Positions 36,469 through 49,213 of a stretch of 64,000 nt of DNA are shown in pieces. The notes under the pieces are model-generated. The model was not told where the DNA came from and made no database searches. It worked only from the letters and a program-made list of their open reading frames with translations. Every line of letters starts with the position of its first letter. Position 1 is the stretch's first letter. Source of the stretch: Escherichia coli (GTDB taxonomy: Bacteria > Pseudomonadota > Gammaproteobacteria > Enterobacterales > Enterobacteriaceae); NCBI RefSeq assembly GCF_013315695.1, contig NZ_CP054353.1; one strand, given 5' to 3'. A program made the position numbers and the translations under genes.

Positions 36469-36575
36469 GAGCTATTCCGATAAAATTTGATTTTTTTAGA
36501 TGATATTTGAAATAGCCAGGAAATACTACGCCGGATAGCGCGAACTTCTCCACGCTATCCGGTATAAACGATAGA

Positions 36576-37640
36576 TTACAGGAATGACTTGAATGGCAGA
36601 TCCGGTTCAATAGTGAAGCAATCATCGAAACCGCGCGGATAGTGGTACTCGAAGTTGTCTTTATCCAGCGGCCAGGTAAATTTGCCGCCCACCTGCCAGA
36701 TAAACGGCTTGAAGCCATACTTCAGACGATCTTTTTTCATCTCCCACAGCACGCGGATCTCTTGCGGATCGGCCTGGAAGTTTGACCAGATATCGTGGTG
36801 GAACGGGATAACCACTTTCGCATTCAGCGCTTCACCCATACGCAGCATATCGGCGCTGGTCATTTTGTCGGTAATACCGCGCGGGTTTTCGCCGTATGAA
36901 CCTAAAGCCACGTCGATCTGATGTTCGTTACCGTGCTTCGCATAATAGTTAGAGTAGTGGGAGTCGCCGCTGTGATACAGGGAGCCGCCAGGCGTTTTGA
37001 ACAGGTAGTTCACCGCGCGATCGTCCATGCCATCTGGCAGTACGCCAGCCGCTTTTTGATCGGCAGGCAGGGTGATCAGTGCAGTACGGTCGAAAGCATC
37101 AAACGCATGAATTTCAATGTCTTTCACTTTTACTACATCGCCCGGTTTGACCACGATGCAACGCTCTTTCGGTACGCCCCAGCCAATCCACAAATCCACA
37201 CAGGTTTTCGGTCCAATGAACGGTACGTCATCAGCACCGTTCTGCATCACAGCAGCAGCGACGTTGACGTCGATATGATCGTTGTGATCGTGAGTCGCCA
37301 GTACCGCGTCGACCTGGCGAATCGCAAACGGATCAAGAACAAACGGGGTGGTGCGCAGGTTTGGCTGCAGTTTTTTCACGCCAGCCATGCGCTGCATCTG
37401 GTGACCCTGTTTCATTAACGGGTTACCGTGACTTTGTTTGCCAGTGCCGCACCAGAAATCAACGCAAACGTTGGTGCCACCTTCCGATTTTAACCAGATC
37501 CCGGTGCAGCCAAGCCACCACATCGCAAATGTGCCAGGTGCGACCTGTTCTTGTTCAATTTCTTCATTCAACCAGCTACCCCACTCCGGGAAAGTGCTCA
37601 GGATCTAGGATTCACGGGTGATACTTTTCACTTTACTCAT
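36576..37640 (-). pseudogene. ulaG: L-ascorbate-6-phosphate lactonase ulaG with an in-frame amber stop at codon 12
   Basis: ATG at 37638-37640 reads MSKVKSITRES, then TAG (plus-strand CTA at 37605-37607), then continues in frame as [18 protein letters not shown]... into ORF 36576..37571 (metallo-beta-lactamase fold, HxHxDH). Confidence 0.75.
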
Positions 37641-37937
37641 CGCCATTTACCTTCATGATAGTTCAATTAGAATCAATATGTGATTGGTTTTGATTAATCT
37701 GACACTATTTTTTTCAGGAAGGCAATGACCGTTTTTTGACTTTTTGCCAGGGAAGTTGTTGTTGATTTTGAGTATAGAAAGATTTAATGGAATGTGTAAT
37801 TCAATTAACTAAATGAATTTAAATGAATAGTTGTTTCGTTGTGTGAATCCCACTCTATCCATGTGGAATTATTTGCGGGTCGCGTCATATTTAATCATAA
37901 ATAATCTTGTTGTGATTACTTTTGAAAATTAGAGTGA

Positions 37938-39392
<1,455 letters not shown>

Positions 39393-39407
39393 TAAGGAGT
39401 TTTGATT

Positions 39408-39713
39408 ATGACCGTACGTATTCTGGCTGTCTGTGGCAACGGACAAGGCAGTTCCATGATCATGAAGATGAAAGTGGACCAGTTTTTAACCCAATCAAAC
39501 ATTGACCACACGGTAAACAGCTGCGCGGTTGGCGAATACAAAAGCGAGTTGAGCGGCGCGGATATCATCATCGCTTCTACGCACATTGCGGGCGAAATCA
39601 CCGTGACCGGCAACAAATACGTGGTTGGTGTGCGCAACATGCTCTCTCCTGCCGACTTTGGCCCGAAACTGCTGGAAGTGATCAAAGAGCATTTCCTGCA
39701 GGATGTGAAGTAA
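39408..39713 (+). CDS. ulaB: Ascorbate-specific PTS EIIB component UlaB
   Basis: ORF 39402..39713; start [16 protein letters not shown] at ATG 39408, 101 aa, phospho-Cys motif. Confidence 0.92.
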   Translation: MTVRILAVCGNGQGSSMIMKMKVDQFLTQSNIDHTVNSCAVGEYKSELSGADIIIASTHIAGEITVTGNKYVVGVRNMLSPADFGPKLLEVIKEHFLQDVK

Positions 39714-39722
39714 GGACGCGCC

Positions 39723-40160
39723 ATGAAATTACGTGATTCGCTGGCGGAAGCTGAGACATGGCAGGACGCAGTGAAAATCGGCGTGGACCTGCTGGTAGCG
39801 GCAGATGTGGTAGAGCCGCGTTACTACCAGGCGATTCTGGATGGCGTTGAACAGTTTGGTCCTTATTTCGTTATCGCTCCGGGGCTGGCAATGCCGCACG
39901 GGCGTCCGGAAGAGGGCGTTAAGAAAACCGGTTTCTCTCTGGTAACGCTGAAAAAGCAGCTGGAATTTAACCACGACGACAACGATCCGGTGGATATCCT
40001 CATCACCATGGCGGCGGTTGATGCCAACACTCACCAGGAAGTAGGCATCATGCAGATCGTCAACCTGTTTGAAGATGAAGAGAATTTCGACCGTTTACGC
40101 GCCTGCCGTACCGAGCAGGAAGTACTGGATCTCATTGACCGCACCAACGCGGCAGCTTAA
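39723..40160 (+). CDS. ulaC: Ascorbate-specific PTS EIIA component UlaC, 145 aa; appears to lack about 9 N-terminal residues relative to the 154-aa K-12 form
   Basis: ORF 39723..40160 reads [20 protein letters not shown]; the K-12 protein as recalled has NKSIRLQAE between these, so a 27-bp in-frame deletion at 39749/39750 is inferred. Confidence 0.8.
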   Translation: MKLRDSLAEAETWQDAVKIGVDLLVAADVVEPRYYQAILDGVEQFGPYFVIAPGLAMPHGRPEEGVKKTGFSLVTLKKQLEFNHDDNDPVDILITMAAVDANTHQEVGIMQIVNLFEDEENFDRLRACRTEQEVLDLIDRTNAAA

Positions 40161-40173
40161 GAAGGAATTGAAC

Positions 40174-40824
40174 ATGTCATTACCGATGTTGCAAGTCGCG
40201 CTGGACAACCAGACTATGGATAGCGCCTACGAAACCACTCGCCTGATTGCCGAAGAAGTCGACATTATCGAAGTGGGTACCATTCTGTGCGTGGGCGAAG
40301 GCGTGCGTGCGGTTCGCGATCTGAAAGCGCTCTACCCGCACAAAATCGTGCTGGCAGACGCCAAAATTGCCGATGCGGGCAAAACTCTTTCTCGTATGTG
40401 CTTCGAAGCCAACGCTGACTGGGTGACCGTAATTTGTTGTGCGGATATCAACACCGCCAAAGGTGCGCTGGACGTGGCAAAAGAGTTTAACGGCGACGTG
40501 CAGATCGAACTGACCGGTTACTGGACCTGGGAACAGGCGCAACAGTGGCGCGACGCAGGTATTCAGCAGGTGGTTTATCACCGCAGCCGTGACGCGCAGG
40601 CCGCTGGCGTGGCGTGGGGTGAAGCCGATATCACTGCGATCAAACGTCTTTCCGATATGGGCTTCAAAGTCACCGTCACCGGTGGCCTGGCGCTGGAAGA
40701 TCTGCCGCTGTTCAAAGGCATTCCAATTCATGTGTTTATCGCCGGTCGCAGCATCCGTGATGCCGCTTCTCCGGTTGAAGCCGCGCGTCAGTTCAAACGT
40801 TCCATCGCCGAACTGTGGGGCTAA
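40174..40824 (+). CDS. ulaD: 3-keto-L-gulonate-6-phosphate decarboxylase UlaD
   Basis: ORF 40069..40824; start [19 protein letters not shown] at ATG 40174, 216 aa. Confidence 0.92.
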   Translation: MSLPMLQVALDNQTMDSAYETTRLIAEEVDIIEVGTILCVGEGVRAVRDLKALYPHKIVLADAKIADAGKTLSRMCFEANADWVTVICCADINTAKGALDVAKEFNGDVQIELTGYWTWEQAQQWRDAGIQQVVYHRSRDAQAAGVAWGEADITAIKRLSDMGFKVTVTGGLALEDLPLFKGIPIHVFIAGRSIRDAASPVEAARQFKRSIAELWG

Positions 40825-40833
40825 GGAGCGGAT

Positions 40834-41688
40834 ATGTTGTCCAAACAAATCCCGCTTGGCATCTATGAAAAAGCGCTCCCCGCCGGGGAGTGCTGGCTGG
40901 AACGCCTGCGACTGGCAAAAACGTTGGGCTTCGATTTTGTCGAGATGTCGGTAGATGAAACGGACGAGCGCCTGTCGCGCCTCGACTGGAGCCGCGAGCA
41001 GCGTCTGGCGCTGGTGAATGCGATTGTTGAAACCGGCGTGCGTGTGCCGTCCATGTGCCTTTCTGCCCATCGTCGTTTCCCGTTGGGCAGCGAAGATGAC
41101 GCGGTGCGGGCGCAGGGGCTGGAGATTATGCGTAAAGCCATCCAGTTCGCCCAGGACGTTGGCATTCGCGTGATCCAGCTGGCGGGCTATGACGTTTACT
41201 ATCAGGAAGCCAATAACGAAACGCGTCGTCGTTTCCGTGACGGCCTGAAAGAGAGCGTTGAGATGGCGAGCCGCGCGCAGGTGACGCTGGCGATGGAGAT
41301 CATGGATTACCCATTGATGAACTCCATCAGCAAGGCGCTGGGCTACGCGCACTATCTCAACAACCCGTGGTTCCAGCTCTACCCGGATATCGGCAACCTG
41401 TCGGCGTGGGACAACGATGTGCAGATGGAATTGCAGGCCGGAATAGGGCATATCGTCGCGGTGCATGTGAAAGACACCAAACCTGGCGTCTTCAAAAACG
41501 TGCCATTTGGCGAAGGCGTGGTGGATTTCGAACGTTGCTTTGAAACGCTCAAACAGAGTGGCTATTGCGGGCCGTACCTGATTGAGATGTGGAGCGAAAC
41601 GGCGGAAGACCCGGCGGCAGAAGTGGCGAAAGCGCGTGATTGGGTGAAAGCGCGCATGGCCAAAGCAGGCATGGTGGAGGCTGCATAA
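40834..41688 (+). CDS. ulaE: L-ribulose-5-phosphate 3-epimerase UlaE
   Basis: ORF 40834..41688, 284 aa, xylose-isomerase-like TIM barrel. Confidence 0.92.
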
Positions 41689-42323
41689 TGCAAAAGCTAA
41701 AACAGCAGGTGTTTGAAGCCAACATGGATCTGCCGCGCTATGGGCTGGTGGTGATCAAGCCCAGCGGCGTCGCCTACGAAACCATGAAAGCAGACGATAT
41801 GGTGGTGGTTGATATGAGCGGCAGGGTGGTGGAAGGGGAGTATCGCCCATCTTCCGACACCGCGACGCATCTCGAACTCTACCGTCGTTACCCGTCGCTT
41901 GGCGGCATTGTCCATACCCACTCCACTCATGCCACCGCATGGGCGCAGGCGGGGCTGGCGATCCTGGCGTTAGGCACCACGCACGCTAACTACTTCTTTG
42001 GTGATATCCCGTGTACGCGTGGATTAAGCGAAGAAGAGGTGCAGGGTGAGTATGAACTGAACACTGGCAAAGTGATTATCGAAACGCTGGGTGACGCCGA
42101 GCCGCTGCATACGCCGGGAATTGTGGTGTATCAGCACGGGCCGTTCGCCTGGGGGAAAAATGCCCACGATGCGGTGCATAACGCGGTGGTGATGGAGGAA
42201 GTGGCAAAAATGGCGTGGATTGCGCGCAGTATTAACCCACAACTGAATCACATCGACAGCTTCCTCATGAATAAACACTTCATGCGTAAGCACGGTCCTA
42301 ACGCCTATTACGGGCAGAAGTAA
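41688..42323 (+). CDS. ulaF: L-ribulose-5-phosphate 4-epimerase UlaF, 211 aa; in-frame deletion of 17 codons removing the conserved TxTWGNVS region (probably inactive)
   Basis: ORF 41640..42323; from ATG 41688 reads [31 protein letters not shown]; AraD/UlaF-family proteins have ...[26 protein letters not shown]... here; junction at 41741-41750 within a GGGCTGGTG repeat. Confidence 0.8.
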   Translation: MQKLKQQVFEANMDLPRYGLVVIKPSGVAYETMKADDMVVVDMSGRVVEGEYRPSSDTATHLELYRRYPSLGGIVHTHSTHATAWAQAGLAILALGTTHANYFFGDIPCTRGLSEEEVQGEYELNTGKVIIETLGDAEPLHTPGIVVYQHGPFAWGKNAHDAVHNAVVMEEVAKMAWIARSINPQLNHIDSFLMNKHFMRKHGPNAYYGQK

Positions 42324-42419
42324 GCAGTGCGCCCCGGAATTATTACCTCCTGCGGGATGTAATTGGTCTGATTCCGGGGCCGCTTCAGTTAAAAAATCAT
42401 ATAAACAACAGGTGTTTTT

Positions 42420-42971
42420 ATGGCTATCAATGGATTGTTTGTCAGAACGGATCCGCAGCGTCGCCGCTATGGCGTTGCGTTACTTGTGGGTGTGCTTTCA
42501 GGAATTATTTCAGCATTTGTTAAATGGGGAGCGGAAGTCCCCTTGCCACCGCGCACATTTTCCGGTGGTCGCGATGAATTTAACCCGCCGTATATCTTTC
42601 TACGAGATTATTTAGGTATCGACCCAACCCAAACTGTGTATACCTTCTCGGAACATATTATCAACCCGGTGATGGTGACGCATATCATCTTCTCCCTGGT
42701 TTTTGCGATAGGGTATTGTGTTGTCGCGGAAATTTTCCCGAAAGTGAAATTATGGCAGGGGATATTAGCAGGGCTTATTGTGACAGTGGCAGTCCACGGT
42801 ATATTTTGCCCGGCGCTGAATTTAACGCCGCCGCTCACTCAATTGCCTTTTGACGAATATGCGTCTGAAATCTTGGGGCATATTTTCTGGTTCTGGATAA
42901 TAGAGATTATGCGCCGCGACTTACGTAATCGCATTACTCATGAGCCGGATCCGGAAGTCGCAATTCGGTGA
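42420..42971 (+). CDS. YagU-like inner-membrane protein (DUF1440 family)
   Basis: ORF 42420..42971, 183 aa; RRRYG...[15 protein letters not shown]...NPPYIFLRD...THIIFS..GYCVVAE...[13 protein letters not shown] pattern resembles E. coli YagU; 3-4 predicted TM helices. Confidence 0.7.
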   Translation: MAINGLFVRTDPQRRRYGVALLVGVLSGIISAFVKWGAEVPLPPRTFSGGRDEFNPPYIFLRDYLGIDPTQTVYTFSEHIINPVMVTHIIFSLVFAIGYCVVAEIFPKVKLWQGILAGLIVTVAVHGIFCPALNLTPPLTQLPFDEYASEILGHIFWFWIIEIMRRDLRNRITHEPDPEVAIR

Positions 42972-42987
42972 ATAACCGTATAAAAAA

Positions 42988-43005
42988 GCCCCCTGCGAAG
43001 GGGGC
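42988..43005. terminator. Bidirectional hairpin terminator between the YagU-like gene and yjfY
   Basis: GCCCCCTGCGAAGGGGGC flanked by A-run upstream and A/T downstream; between convergent genes. Confidence 0.55.
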
Positions 43006-43045
43006 AAAGCAAACTATGGCAATGTTTCGTTGGTTATACCTGGTG

Positions 43046-43321
43046 CTAGCGATAAATATCCGCGCTGGCGTGCATATTGCCGTTACTCCCCGGTTCCCGC
43101 ATTAGAATTACGTGGTAGTACGTTGCGCCCTGCGCATCTGTCTCTTCATTTAATGCCTGACGTGCTTCGCTTTCAGTGGCGAAATTATGATTGATATAAA
43201 TCACGCCTAAGCTCTGTACGTCGTCCATATTTCTGGACTGGTGGTTATTAATTTCAATGGCTGCCCATGTATTTGCACTTAGCAAAAGCACAGCCAGAAG
43301 GGCTAAAACACGACTGAACAT
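43046..43321 (-). CDS. yjfY: YjfY (DUF1471 family secreted protein)
   Basis: ORF 43046..43390; start MFSRVLALLAVLLLSANTWAA at ATG 43321, 91 aa. Confidence 0.82.
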   Translation of the reverse strand: MFSRVLALLAVLLLSANTWAAIEINNHQSRNMDDVQSLGVIYINHNFATESEARQALNEETDAQGATYYHVILMREPGSNGNMHASADIYR

Positions 43322-43629
43322 AGATACCTCCTCGACGGCTGACTTTGTGTGCTCTCCTCTGTGATGATCTTCTGATTTAATTTTAATCAATGATAAAGAA
43401 GTTGATGGTGACCATTTCTGATGCAGTTGTTCGAAAAAACACTGTGACGGAATGTGATGAACTTCAAATCAGGGAGTTAGTTCTTTTGAGCGAAAGATGA
43501 GATTTATTTGTCGGCTGGCCTTGAGTTTAGCGGGGCATACAAGTACTATAACGCGTCATTTTTCAGCCGACCTTTAACACGTTCCTTGCCTCCCCGGGAT
43601 TCGGCTGACCCAGACAGGAGGCTGAATAA

Positions 43630-44043
<414 letters not shown>

Positions 44044-44049
44044 TTTCTG

Positions 44050-44596
<547 letters not shown>

Positions 44597-44625
44597 TCGG
44601 TCACGGTCCATTAATACGACTTTGA

Positions 44626-45087
<462 letters not shown>

Positions 45088-45111
45088 TTCGTTATTCAAC
45101 GAGACGTAAAA

Positions 45112-45140
45112 ACGCCGACCATTGGTCGGCGTTTTGCTTT
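45112..45140 (+). terminator. Intrinsic terminator after rplI
   Basis: Hairpin ACGCCGACC-ATTG-GTCGGCGT followed by TTTGCTTT. Confidence 0.75.
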
Positions 45141-45157
45141 CTATTTTTCGTCAGGTA

Positions 45158-45952
45158 TTAGTTTCGCAAGTAGATCCATTCACCATTCTCTTGTGTCCAT
45201 AAGTCAGGATGGTTTGCTGGCGTTAGATGCATACGATCACTCCTTATGTCTCGGTCCTGCGGCACTCGCTCGAAACCTAAACCCGAGTAGATTGCTGCTG
45301 AATTTGATAAGGAACGTAGACCAATTTTCAAATCATGGGGTAAATCAGAATACGCGTTTAGCAATGCAGCAATGATGAATCCGAGGGCATTAGAAACGCC
45401 TGTAACAGTGCGAAGTTGGTCGATATAAAGATCGATTGTTGGTAGTTCAGATGACCAGCAATTAGGCATTTGGGCAGGAAGGGTTACAACGTATCCTATC
45501 GTTTGGCCGGTATAGTCTGGAGTACCATAACCAGGTCCCAAAACCACTTCGTGTATTGTGTATTTACTGTTGGGTTCGAAGGATTCGACATCTTGCAATA
45601 AATATTTCAGTTCTGCGGTTAACCTCGCACCCGCGTAAGCTTTATTGTATTTCTGGGCGTGAATATTATCTAATGTAGCTTCATGGTTCCATCCAAAAGA
45701 ATTATCACCATTCATTGTTACTCCATCGTAAGCATTACACTTCGTTGCTAACTTATTGAATGCTTGCCAGTCAGAGAGATCTAGTTTGTGGATCTCAACA
45801 GTACGTCTGCCATCGCAATTATGATCTCTTCCACGATTTGGCAGTAATGTAGCACGTGCATATTGATGAAATTTTAATTTTACTGGTTTGTCGGTGGACG
45901 AAAAATAGGGTGAATATGCAGGAAATGAATAAATAGTCGTTGGTAATGTCAT
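45158..45952 (-). CDS. yjfZ: Uncharacterised protein YjfZ
   Basis: ORF 45158..45952, 264 aa, AT-rich, no recognisable catalytic motif. Confidence 0.75.
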   Translation of the reverse strand: MTLPTTIYSFPAYSPYFSSTDKPVKLKFHQYARATLLPNRGRDHNCDGRRTVEIHKLDLSDWQAFNKLATKCNAYDGVTMNGDNSFGWNHEATLDNIHAQKYNKAYAGARLTAELKYLLQDVESFEPNSKYTIHEVVLGPGYGTPDYTGQTIGYVVTLPAQMPNCWSSELPTIDLYIDQLRTVTGVSNALGFIIAALLNAYSDLPHDLKIGLRSLSNSAAIYSGLGFERVPQDRDIRSDRMHLTPANHPDLWTQENGEWIYLRN

Positions 45953-46298
45953 TGTAATGTTACCTGTTTAATGTTTTTATAAATATCGCAGCTGATGTTC
46001 ACAGAAAAAGAATCGATATTAATAAAAATAAGTTTGTTTTCTGAAGTAGTGAAAATAGCGGATGGTGAAAGATATTAATATCAAAAATCGCTCATTATGG
46101 ATATAACGATGCCCCCGGGGAGAAAATGACTTCCACGCCTTCTACCATACATTCTTGTTGTGCGGTATGTAATTATTCTACGCTGTTGGTATCGGTGCGT
46201 TTGTTAATCATCTGGTTAACCAGCCACAAAAAGCCATTGAGAAAGTTATTGATTCTACATGGAATTATTATATTTCTAATCCCTGGTTTTTAAAAGTT

Positions 46299-46514
46299 GT
46301 GCATAGTGAAAATCAAAGTAAAGGTGTGCATTATGCAAAATCACAGCGTCTCTTAGAAATTAACCATACGCACTTGCAGTTAATGGAATCCTTATTGGAT
46401 GAAGGGAAGAAACACAATATTTTTAAGCCAGATAGCGACCCATTGCAGGTGAATATTAATATTGCTGCGCTTGGGGGATATTATTTGATCAACCAGCATA
46501 CGCTTGGCCTGGTT
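46299..46514 (+). pseudogene. ytfA: ytfA-like remnant of a TetR-family regulator (C-terminal ligand-binding portion only), followed by the IS left end
   Basis: ORF 46299..46790 begins with TetR C-terminal-like sequence and no HTH, then reads through the IS left-end hairpin; the distal part is not genuine coding sequence. Confidence 0.45.
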
Positions 46515-46574
46515 TATCTGGTGCGCCGTAAAACCCCGTCCTTCAGGGCGGGGATATACGGCGCGGTTTTCCAC

Positions 46575-47006
46575 CTAACCAGGTGTTTGCTGTTGTTCAA
46601 TGTATTGACGGATGGCGGATATTGGCGCACCTCCGCAGCTACTGGCAAAATAGCCAGGACTCCACAAAACGCCTTTGTAGTAATACCTGACTGCAATATC
46701 TGGTCGATCTCGTCGCAGTCACCTACCCGATACGCCTTTGAGGCTGTTTACCAGACTGGATATCGCCAGTTTGGGAGGATAGTTAATTAACAAATGGACG
46801 TGATCTGGTTCGCCATCCATTTCAACCAGTTCAGCTTCAAAATCAGCACATACATTTGAAAAGTAAGTGCGTAGTTTTTCTGTCGCGTCATAGTCAAAAA
46901 TCTGACGTCGGTATCTGGTGACAAAGACCAGGTGAACATGCATCAGGAAAACACAATGCCTTCCCCGTCGGATATCGGTTTCTTTATTCACAGACCAAAG
47001 TATCAT
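46575..47006 (-). pseudogene. tnpA: IS200-type Y1 (HUH) transposase TnpA interrupted by an in-frame TGA at codon 96
   Basis: ORF track 46719..47006 gives 95 aa (...[27 protein letters not shown]); the same frame continues past the TGA as [44 protein letters not shown], the conserved TnpA C-terminus. Confidence 0.7.
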
Positions 47007-47013
47007 TTGGCCT

Positions 47014-48222
47014 GTGAAACGACTACAGGCATTTAAATTCCAGTTAAGACCCGGTGGTCAACAGGAGCGTGAAATGAGGCGCTTCGCAGGCGCATGCCGT
47101 TTCGTTTTCAATCGTGCTCTGGCGCTTCAGAATGAGAATCATGAGGCCGGTAATAAATACATCCCTTACGGGAAAATGGCTTCCTGGCTGGTTGAGTGGA
47201 AAAACGCCACTGAAATGCAATGGCTTAAAGATTCGCCCTCACAGCCATTGCAACAGTCACTGAAAGACCTTGAGCGGGCTTACAAAAACTTCTTCCAGAA
47301 GCGGGCTGCTTTTCCCCGATTCAAAAAGCGGGGACAGAATGATGCATTCCGCTACCCGCAGGGCGTTAAGCTCGATCAGGAAAACAGCCGTATTTTTCTG
47401 CCGAAACTTGGCTGGATGCGCTACCGGAACAGCCGTCAGGTCACGGGTGTTGTGAAAAATGTCACTGTCAGCCAGTCCTGCGGTAAGTGGTACATCAGTA
47501 TTCAGACAGAAAGTGAAGTATCCACTCCGGTTCACCCTTCAGCATCAATGGTCGGGCTGGATGCTGGCGTGGCTAAACTCGCCACGCTGTCAGATGGCAC
47601 AGTCTTTGAGCCTGTAAACAGTTTTCAGAAAAACCAGAAGACGCTGGCGAGACTTCAGCGACAGTTAAGCCGCAAGGTCGAATTCAGCAATAACTGGCAG
47701 AAGCAGAAACGCAAAATACAGCGACTGCATTCCCGTATCGCAAATATCCGCAGGGACTACCTTCACAAAGTCACAACGACCGTCAGCAAAAACCACGCAA
47801 TGATAGTCATTGAGGATTTGAAGGTCAGCAACATGTCAAAGTCAGCAGCGGGTACGGTCAGCCAGCCGGGGCGCAATGTCCGGGCAAAATCAGGTTTAAA
47901 CCGTTCGATACTGGATCAGGGCTGGTATGAAATGCGCCGCCAGCTTGAGTACAAGCAGCTCTGGCGTGGCGGTCAGGTGCTTGCTGTTCCGCCAGCGTAC
48001 ACAAGCCAGCGTTGCGCGTGCTGTGGTCATACAGCGAAAGAAAATCGCCTGTCACAAAGTAAATTCAGATGCCAGGCATGTGGATATACAGCGAACGCTG
48101 ATGTAAATGGCGCTCGTAACATTTTAGCGGCGGGGCACGCCGTTCTTGCCTGTGGAGAGATGGTGCAGTCAGGCCGCTCGTTGAAGCAGGAACCCACCGA
48201 AATGATTCAGGCGACAGCCTGA
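47014..48222 (+). CDS. tnpB: TnpB (IS605 OrfB-family RuvC-like RNA-guided nuclease)
   Basis: ORF 47014..48222, 402 aa, GTG start; C-terminal zinc finger CACCGH...CQACG and RuvC-III-like ADVNGARNI. Confidence 0.85.
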   Translation: MKRLQAFKFQLRPGGQQEREMRRFAGACRFVFNRALALQNENHEAGNKYIPYGKMASWLVEWKNATEMQWLKDSPSQPLQQSLKDLERAYKNFFQKRAAFPRFKKRGQNDAFRYPQGVKLDQENSRIFLPKLGWMRYRNSRQVTGVVKNVTVSQSCGKWYISIQTESEVSTPVHPSASMVGLDAGVAKLATLSDGTVFEPVNSFQKNQKTLARLQRQLSRKVEFSNNWQKQKRKIQRLHSRIANIRRDYLHKVTTTVSKNHAMIVIEDLKVSNMSKSAAGTVSQPGRNVRAKSGLNRSILDQGWYEMRRQLEYKQLWRGGQVLAVPPAYTSQRCACCGHTAKENRLSQSKFRCQACGYTANADVNGARNILAAGHAVLACGEMVQSGRSLKQEPTEMIQATA

Positions 48223-48356
48223 ACGAAGCAGGGATCCACGTCCTTCAGGGCGTGGAGGATGTCAACATATCAGTATGGTTTCCCCCCAGGCACTGGAAGC
48301 CAGACGTAAGGTCATCAAAGAGACGCTCCTTAGCTGGCTTTTGGTTGATCCTTCAT

Positions 48357-48995
48357 CTACCGCGCACGAATAAAACTGCCATCCGGCTGGCGGGTAAACA
48401 GGACCTGTTGATTATTCCCCGTATCAATGGTTAAGCCCGTCACCACGCCGCTGGCGTTCTGGCGGATTTTCACCATCTGCCCATTTTGCAAATTACTCAG
48501 CGGCTTACCCGCGCCTTCTACCTGCGCCATTGCATAGACATCGGTAGCGGGCAGTCCGTGGTCGCGGAACAGCTGCGCCATCGTTTTACCGGGTTCGACA
48601 CGGTAAGAGCGCCATTGATTATCAATTCCGCTATCTGGCTGGAATGGTTGCGTTTGGGTAGTTTGCGGCTGTTCTTCTGGCTGGCCTTCCTGTATAGGTT
48701 CTGGAGCGACCGGAGCCACCTGATCAGGATCATTTTGTGGTGTGACTAATTGCGCCCGCAGCTGTTCTTCTGTCGGCGGTTGTGATTGCGACTGAATATC
48801 TAACTGCGCTTCACGCGTCACCACCGGCGCGTTGGGCGTATCATCAGATGGAAGCAGAAATCCGACCACCAATACAATGGCGGCAATAATGATCCCCCGA
48901 CGATGCATCGGCGGCAGCGGGTCCATGAAGCGAAAATTGTCCGGCGCGTGCCAGACTTTCTCCAGGGTTGGTTTTAGTTCAAAGCGCCCGGGCAT
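48357..48995 (-). CDS. ytfB: Cell-division / opacity-associated protein YtfB (OapA family)
   Basis: ORF 48357..49031; start [21 protein letters not shown] at ATG 48995, 212 aa, one TM segment, Pro/Gln-rich linker, C-terminal OapA domain. Confidence 0.85.
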   Translation of the reverse strand: MPGRFELKPTLEKVWHAPDNFRFMDPLPPMHRRGIIIAAIVLVVGFLLPSDDTPNAPVVTREAQLDIQSQSQPPTEEQLRAQLVTPQNDPDQVAPVAPEPIQEGQPEEQPQTTQTQPFQPDSGIDNQWRSYRVEPGKTMAQLFRDHGLPATDVYAMAQVEGAGKPLSNLQNGQMVKIRQNASGVVTGLTIDTGNNQQVLFTRQPDGSFIRAR

Positions 48996-49213
48996 GGTTT
49001 CCTCCTGCTCCGCGTCTTGTTCCTCAATCATAGCCTATGAATAAGCTAACGCTATGATGTCCGTGGTAAACCCGCCTTTATTATATTCATACGGGATATT
49101 GCTATTGTTTCTTTTTCCCCGGGATTTGTCATCATTCCTGCGACAAAGTTTTACCCAAAGAAGTGTGGCTGATATGCTGCCCGCTACTTTTATATCCTAA
49201 GAAAGGAAATACG

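Larger units (their letters stand above)
46515..48265 (+). mobile_element. IS200/IS605-family insertion sequence (tnpA with internal stop, intact tnpB); boundaries approximate
   Basis: Matching subterminal hairpins on the top strand: CCCCGTCCTTCAGGGCGGGG (46534-46553) and CCACGTCCTTCAGGGCGTGG (48236-48255), bracketing a divergent tnpA/tnpB pair. Confidence 0.75.

Noticed and set aside
36576-37571. ulaG called as an intact 331-aa protein from an alternative start
   Set aside because: The family N-terminus (MSKVKSITRES...) is present upstream in frame but cut by a TAG; the alternative-start ORF is the post-stop remainder.
40180-41466. 428-aa minus-strand ORF
   Set aside because: Antisense to ulaD and ulaE; composition typical of a GC-rich antisense frame (Arg/His/Gln-rich).
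42326-42386. Long palindrome GCCCCGGAAT...ATTCCGGGGC after ulaF as an intrinsic terminator
   Set aside because: 10-bp arms are separated by about 30 nt and lack a following T-run; may be a structured RNA element but is not supported as a simple terminator.
46299-46790. 163-aa ORF called as a single protein
   Set aside because: Chimeric: the first part resembles a TetR C-terminal domain (ytfA remnant), while the rest reads through the IS left-end hairpin and antisense to the tnpA C-terminus.
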